NCBI GenBank assembly: GCA_035628335.1
Contig: DASPKA010000026.1
Coordinates: 1-46,065, forward strand
DNA from: Patescibacteria group bacterium
GTDB lineage: Bacteria; Patescibacteriota; Doudnabacteria; UBA920
Length of the DNA stretch: 46,065 nt
Direction: 5' to 3'
Below are positions 41,383 through 46,065 of this stretch, one piece after another. Numbering within the stretch: the first letter of the stretch is position 1; the number at the start of each line of letters is the position of its first letter. A program made the translations under genes and the position numbers. Below the pieces are notes generated by a model. That model saw nothing but the letters and a program-made list of their open reading frames with translations. It did no database searches and was not told the DNA's origin.

Positions 41383-42153
41383 ATGAACGTAAACAGTAAA
41401 CAGATCATGGTTGAGGGTATTGCTACGTATTATACCGAAAGTGGGCAGGGGAGTACCCTGGTTTTTTTACATGGGTGGGGTGCTAATGGTGAAAGTTTTG
41501 CAGGGGTTATACGAGAGCTTTCAAAAGACTTTCAGTGCATTACACTTGATTTTCCCGGGTTTGGGCAGAGTGGGATGCCTTCGAAGCCATGGCATGTGAG
41601 TGATTATAAAAATTTCCTACTTGCATTTTTAGAGAGTAGGAGTATACAAAATGCTGATTTTGTTTGTCACTCGTTTGGGGGCCGAGTAATGTTGAAGCTT
41701 GCCGCAGAACACCCAGAGAAAGTTAACCGGCTTATTTTGACCGGATGTGCTGGGGTGGAGAGGAAATATAGGTGGATACGTAGGAAGACCTTAGGTAAGG
41801 CAGCTAAAGCTGTGAAGGCAATGCTCTCGCTTTTTGGCAGATACGGTGAAAAAACTAAAGAAAAACTTGCAGGTCATATAGGCAATGAAGACTATGCACT
41901 GGCCGGAGAGCTAAAGCAAACGTATATTCATGTGATCAACGAAGATCTTTTGCCATACGCACGCAGGGTAAAACTAAAAACTTTCTTAATATGGGGCGAA
42001 GGCGACACCGAAACACCGCTACAAGATGGCAGAATTCTCAAGGACGCGTTAAGAGTCGGCGAGTTAGTCGTAATTCCCAATGCAGGACACTATGCATTTT
42101 TAGATGACCCACAGAAGTTTATTATGTATGTGCGAAAGTTTTTAGAGTTATGA
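41383..42153 (+). CDS. Alpha/beta-fold hydrolase
   Basis: LVFLHGWGANGESF (oxyanion region), nucleophile elbow HSFGG, and a C-terminal GHYAF His motif. Confidence 0.75.
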   Translation: MNVNSKQIMVEGIATYYTESGQGSTLVFLHGWGANGESFAGVIRELSKDFQCITLDFPGFGQSGMPSKPWHVSDYKNFLLAFLESRSIQNADFVCHSFGGRVMLKLAAEHPEKVNRLILTGCAGVERKYRWIRRKTLGKAAKAVKAMLSLFGRYGEKTKEKLAGHIGNEDYALAGELKQTYIHVINEDLLPYARRVKLKTFLIWGEGDTETPLQDGRILKDALRVGELVVIPNAGHYAFLDDPQKFIMYVRKFLEL

Positions 42154-43670
42154 ACGAATACGGACTAGGTGTGTTTAATATTTTTATTACTGTACTGTTT
42201 TTTTCAAGTTTAGTGTCTGGTACTTGGAGTGTTTTACAGCTACTTCAAGTCTTGCAGCAAGAAGAATACGATCTTAAGCGTTTTTTGTTTTGGGTAGGGC
42301 ATAATAAGCGGAAATGGTTATTTAAAATTGTGCCGAAACTTGGAACGAAAAAGCCGCTCAAGTGGACGCTGCGTGCCATACTTATATGCGCATTGGCTTT
42401 GGTGTTTCATGTATGCCTTCCGCTGTTTTTTCTTGTGTTTTCAGGTGATGTTGACAGTGAAGGTCATTCTATAGTAAGGCTACTCTTATTTGCTGTGTTC
42501 CCTAAGGTCTTTTCTTGGCTGTCGCTTCTGCTTGCGTTGTACATTCTCTACCCGTTAGTCTGGTTGGCAAAGAAGCAGCGTGTGGAAGATGCATATAAAG
42601 TTTTGCAGGAAGTAAAACCCATTACAATTGGTATTGCGGGGAGTTTTGGCAAAACTTCTGTTAAGTATTTTTTACACGCCATCCTGTCTGAAAAATTTAA
42701 TACTGAAATGACAAAGGAAAGTTATAACACGTTGCTTGGAATTGCCTCAGAAGTGAAGGCGAAAGTAAAATCAGGCACTGAAGTGTTTATTGCTGAAATG
42801 GGTGTCTATACGACAGGTGAAGTGACGCAGATGTGTGAGTTAGTTCGACCTACGTACGGTATCATGACCGCAATTGGCCCTGAACACTTTGAGAGGTTTA
42901 GACATATGGACAAAATCTTGGAAGCGAATTCTGAGCTCATAATTGCCCTTCCAACCGATGGAATTATTGCGCTGAATTCTGACAATGAATTTTTTGACCA
43001 CCTACAAAAACTGGCAAATTCAAAAGGTCTCAAATGTGTAGCCTATGGACTCAATGCACAGTTCGCAAAACTGACGGCCGTCAATATTAGGAACAGGGTG
43101 GAAGGTGTTGAGTTTGATTTGATGTATGAGGGTCAGAGTATGCGCGTTAATACTCAAGTACTAGGCAAGTTTGCTGTAACAAATATTCTTGGGGCAGCGT
43201 CTCTCGCATTGGAGCTTGGTATGTCCATGGAACAAGTTGTGGCTGGAATATCCAAGATTAAGTCTGCGGAGCACAGACTGCAAATTATTCCAGGGCACGG
43301 AGGGGTTACTGTTATTGATGACGCTTACAATTCAAACCCAGAAGGATTTAAGGAGGCTTTGAGAGTTTTGCGCGACTACCCAGGTAAGCGGAAAATTTTA
43401 GTTACTCCGGGTATGGTTGAGTTGGGCAAGTTGCAAGCTGAGAAACATTTTGAAGTCGCCAACTTAGCAAAAGACATTTGTGACTATATAATAATAGTAG
43501 GCATGGAAAATGCAGCATACTTTGCAGAAGAACTTCATGGTTCGGGTTTTGATGAAAGCAAATTTTATATGATGGCAAACTTGGAGGCGGCTCAAAAAGT
43601 TTTAGGGGAGATTTTACAGCCTGGAGATGTAGTGTTATTTGAGAATGATTTGCCTGATATATACTCATAA
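42150..43670 (+). CDS. murF: MurF-like Mur ligase (UDP-MurNAc-tripeptide--D-Ala-D-Ala ligase) whose N-terminal domain is replaced by ~150 aa of TM helices
   Basis: P-loop GIAGSFGKTS at about residue 160, EHRLQ, and DDAYNSNPEG. The first ~150 aa are hydrophobic helices. ATGA overlap with the hydrolase gene. Confidence 0.7.
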   Translation: MNEYGLGVFNIFITVLFFSSLVSGTWSVLQLLQVLQQEEYDLKRFLFWVGHNKRKWLFKIVPKLGTKKPLKWTLRAILICALALVFHVCLPLFFLVFSGDVDSEGHSIVRLLLFAVFPKVFSWLSLLLALYILYPLVWLAKKQRVEDAYKVLQEVKPITIGIAGSFGKTSVKYFLHAILSEKFNTEMTKESYNTLLGIASEVKAKVKSGTEVFIAEMGVYTTGEVTQMCELVRPTYGIMTAIGPEHFERFRHMDKILEANSELIIALPTDGIIALNSDNEFFDHLQKLANSKGLKCVAYGLNAQFAKLTAVNIRNRVEGVEFDLMYEGQSMRVNTQVLGKFAVTNILGAASLALELGMSMEQVVAGISKIKSAEHRLQIIPGHGGVTVIDDAYNSNPEGFKEALRVLRDYPGKRKILVTPGMVELGKLQAEKHFEVANLAKDICDYIIIVGMENAAYFAEELHGSGFDESKFYMMANLEAAQKVLGEILQPGDVVLFENDLPDIYS

Positions 43671-43678
43671 ATAGGTAG

Positions 43679-43830
43679 ATTTCCAGAAAGATATTTGCTT
43701 TTTTGACACCGTTACGCTTTACAAAAAGCAGCTACGTAAAGCTGCACTTAACAGTAGCACAGCTTGGGCTCTGCTCAAGCGTTGTGCACTTCGCCTTTAG
43801 TGTCAAAAAAGCAAATATCTTTCTGGAAAT
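43679..43830. repeat. Perfect 31-bp inverted repeat (43679-43709 / 43800-43830) around a 90-nt structured spacer; MITE-like element or large RNA hairpin
   Basis: The arms are atttccagaaagatatttgcttttttgacac and its exact reverse complement. The spacer contains GCAGCT-acgtaa-AGCTGC and ACGCTT/AAGCGT pairings. The right arm ends inside ATG 43829. Confidence 0.85.
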
Positions 43831-45592
43831 GGCTATTAAAATGAAAAAGAAAAACCTAATAAAAGAAACAAACAAGATTTTTTGGAAGTTTGTCCTTGTT
43901 TACAAGTGGCAAGGGTTTTTGACGTTTGGGGCGATTGGGGTGGCTACAGTTCTTGAGATTATAGAGCCGCTATATTTCAAAAAGTTGTTTGATTCTATTG
44001 AAGCGAAGACTGCTGATTTACCTTACTTGTTTTCTTTGTTTAGTACTATAGTGCTTGTGGCCGTAGGGTATTGGTTTTTTTGGCGGGTTGCAACGTACGC
44101 TAATGTGTATTTTCAAACTAACGTTAAGCAAGCGCTTTATCAATACTGTTTTGAAAAGTTGCACCTGCACTCGGTTGGTTTTTTTGCAGATAACTTTGCG
44201 GGGAGTCTGACGAGGAAAGTAAACAAGTATGACCGCGCGTTTGAAACAGTAGCAGATGAAATCGCATGGGGCTTTTACACTGCTGGTATTCGTATAGTGG
44301 TAGTAGTTGGCATCTTACTCTACTACTACCCAACCATAGCTTTTATCCTCATAGGATGGTTGTGTATATATATTACCTTCCAGGTGCTGTTTTCTAAATA
44401 TAAGCTGAGGTATGATAGGGTAAGATCTGAATTGGAAACTAAGTCTACGGGTTACTTAGCTGACACTATTGCAAACAACTTTAACCTGAAGGTGTTTGCG
44501 TCGTATAAGCGTGAAGTGGCTGGGTTCGCCAACCTGCTAAAAGATTGGCGTACTGCGTTCATTAAGTCTTGGAACCTCAGCGTCCTTGCAGAAGCAATTC
44601 AAGGAGCGCTTATGATTTCGCTTCGCATGACATTTTTAGGTTTGTCAGTTTACTTTTGGCATAAAGGCAGGTTTTCTGCTGGTGATATTGTCCTTATTTA
44701 CCAATACACAAATATAGTATTTTCTAGGTTATGGGATATGGGTAGGAATATTCGCAGAACATATGAAGCGTACGCTGATGCAGTAGAAATGACTGAGATT
44801 CTTACCACTCCCTATGAAGTGGCGGATAAGGGCACAAAACAGCTGAAAGTAACAGAAGGGAAAATAGTGTTTGATAAGGTTTCATTTGCGTATCCAAATG
44901 GTCAGGAGATTTTCAAAGATTTTTCTTTAACCATAAAGCCCGGTGAAAAAATTGCTTTGGTAGGTACTTCAGGGGCCGGAAAGTCAACACTTACTAAATT
45001 GTTACTGCGGTTTACCAACCTAACTTCTGGAGCTATCCTGGTTGATGGGGAGGACATTTCGAAAGTTACTCAAGACTCACTGCGAAAGATGATAGGCTAT
45101 GTGCCTCAAGAACCAGTGCTGTTTCACCGTACGCTTATGGAAAACATTCGTTATGGAAAACCCAATGCCACAGAAGCTGAGGTTATTGCAGCAGCAAAAA
45201 AAGCTCATTGCCATGAGTTCATCACAAGTTTTTCAGAAGGGTATGACACCTATGTTGGCGAGAGAGGGGTGAAGCTCTCGGGAGGGGAACGGCAACGCGT
45301 GGCTATTGCCCGCGCAATGTTGAAAGACGCACCAGTACTGATATTAGATGAAGCTACTTCTTCTTTAGATTCTGAAAGTGAAAAGTATATTCAAGAGGCA
45401 TTGCATGAGCTCTTCCAACACAAGACGGTGCTGGTTATAGCTCATAGACTTTCAACAGTTATGGAGATGGACAGAATCGTAGTTCTCGAAGAAGGGGGTA
45501 TAGTTGAAGAAGGCACCCACCAAGAACTACTGGAAAAGCAGAATGGAATTTACAAAAAACTATGGAACATCCAAAGCGGTAACTACTTGTAG
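43829..45592 (+). CDS. ABC exporter, fused permease/ATPase (MsbA-like type I exporter)
   Basis: Six-TM ABC_membrane region, Walker A GTSGAGKSTL, signature LSGGERQRVAIARA, Walker B LILDEATS. The track start at 43703 runs through the inverted repeat and is rejected. An alternative start is ATG 43841 (MKKKNL). Confidence 0.85.
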   Translation: MAIKMKKKNLIKETNKIFWKFVLVYKWQGFLTFGAIGVATVLEIIEPLYFKKLFDSIEAKTADLPYLFSLFSTIVLVAVGYWFFWRVATYANVYFQTNVKQALYQYCFEKLHLHSVGFFADNFAGSLTRKVNKYDRAFETVADEIAWGFYTAGIRIVVVVGILLYYYPTIAFILIGWLCIYITFQVLFSKYKLRYDRVRSELETKSTGYLADTIANNFNLKVFASYKREVAGFANLLKDWRTAFIKSWNLSVLAEAIQGALMISLRMTFLGLSVYFWHKGRFSAGDIVLIYQYTNIVFSRLWDMGRNIRRTYEAYADAVEMTEILTTPYEVADKGTKQLKVTEGKIVFDKVSFAYPNGQEIFKDFSLTIKPGEKIALVGTSGAGKSTLTKLLLRFTNLTSGAILVDGEDISKVTQDSLRKMIGYVPQEPVLFHRTLMENIRYGKPNATEAEVIAAAKKAHCHEFITSFSEGYDTYVGERGVKLSGGERQRVAIARAMLKDAPVLILDEATSSLDSESEKYIQEALHELFQHKTVLVIAHRLSTVMEMDRIVVLEEGGIVEEGTHQELLEKQNGIYKKLWNIQSGNYL

Positions 45593-45613
45593 ATTGCCGC
45601 TATTTTATATATC

Positions 45614-45634
45614 ATTTCCTCCTAAGGAGGAAAT
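45614..45634 (+). promoter_or_regulatory. Perfect 21-nt palindrome ATTTCCTCCT A AGGAGGAAAT pairing the SD with an anti-SD directly before ATG 45635
   Basis: Read directly. AGGAGG is the 3' arm. Confidence 0.6.
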
Positions 45635-46006
45635 ATGGGTGACACTAGTGGTTTTAAGTTGATCAAACCTTTTACTAACATTGTGGTATGCTTAGGTCCC
45701 GACTTCCAGACAAAGCGGGAACACAAGCAAGTTAACTTTCACTGGACCAAGGACAACCAAGAGTTTAGGGTAGTGGTTTTGCGTGGGCTTTCAAAGCATG
45801 GGTGTCTCGGAGCTTTGAAGAATCTTAGTTTAGCGACTTTAGTTGGAGCGATACTGTACGATCCAGGTTTTGGAGTTGAAAACGCACAGTACTTGAAACA
45901 TACATTGCTCAAGCGAGCCGCAAGACCAATTGTACTGAGAAAAGTAGAGGTTGATTACGAGATACGGCGGTTAATATATCAAGTAACCATTGTTTCAGCG
46001 ATATGA
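45635..46006 (+). CDS. Hypothetical protein (123 aa)
   Basis: Strong SD. No family recognised. Confidence 0.45.
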   Translation: MGDTSGFKLIKPFTNIVVCLGPDFQTKREHKQVNFHWTKDNQEFRVVVLRGLSKHGCLGALKNLSLATLVGAILYDPGFGVENAQYLKHTLLKRAARPIVLRKVEVDYEIRRLIYQVTIVSAI

Positions 46007-46065
46007 AACACACTTGCAGGGGTTAATCTTTGCTGGAGTTATAGGCTTCTATTATGCAAATAGAA

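Noticed and set aside
43703-43828. The N-terminal 42 codons of the track ORF for the ABC exporter.
   Set aside because: This stretch is the translation of the 31-bp inverted repeat and its spacer. It has no TM or ABC features, and the family-typical N-terminus starts at 43829 or 43841.
43679-43830. Invertible promoter switch (inverton) interpretation of the 31-bp inverted repeat.
   Set aside because: No site-specific recombinase or invertase gene is present in the window, and the 90-nt spacer has no convincing -10 element in either orientation. It is kept only as a minor alternative in the finding.
1-46065. tRNA or rRNA genes.
   Set aside because: No intergenic segment shows a T-arm GGTTCGAnnCC motif with an acceptor stem, and none has rRNA-like length or conservation. 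All gaps over 150 bp were read individually.

Overview
This 46 kb window is gene-dense, about 42-45% GC, and uses the standard genetic code. Its housekeeping set resembles a small-genome, monoderm-type uncultivated bacterium (Patescibacteria/CPR-like); that lineage call is an inference from gene content. Housekeeping genes recognised by motif include pyruvate kinase, RNase Y followed by a YmdB-like phosphoesterase, ValRS, TsaD, a KH-domain protein followed by TrmD, MscL and MurF. Two ABC systems, a GlmU-like nucleotidyltransferase and an EndoQ-like PHP protein are also present. The most notable content is two separate type IV filament systems. The first is a secretin-less Tad/Flp locus at 6.4-17.1 kb, split into two divergent operons. 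The plus operon encodes tadE-like, tadG-like, cpaB, tadE-like, cpaF/tadA, tadB, tadC and tadV. The minus operon carries four uncharacterised envelope genes, including a membrane-anchored CHAP peptidoglycan hydrolase and a 538-aa coiled-coil multi-TM protein, and ends in the flp pilin gene. The second is a compact comG/T4aP-like operon at 32.1-37.8 kb (pilB, pilC, four minor pilins, major pilin). One of its minor pilins fuses a prepilin N-terminus to an LVIVD-repeat beta-propeller. My best candidate for an undescribed system is the flp-linked envelope/CHAP operon, possibly a pilus-coupled host or cell-wall interaction module. Smaller observations follow:
- a T-box-like element upstream of valS
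- a G-run frameshift in a PyrE-like phosphoribosyltransferase gene
- a four-helix-bundle (IVS-protein) gene bracketed by inverted heptamer repeats between rny and ymdB
- a perfect 31-bp inverted repeat covering the start of an ABC exporter gene
- a 7-nt tandem repeat inside trmD
- an SD-equipped ORF interrupted by one in-frame TGA
- several orphan promoter/terminator units
No rRNA gene, tRNA gene, CRISPR array or intact transposase was seen. All homology calls come from motif recognition by eye, with no database search.
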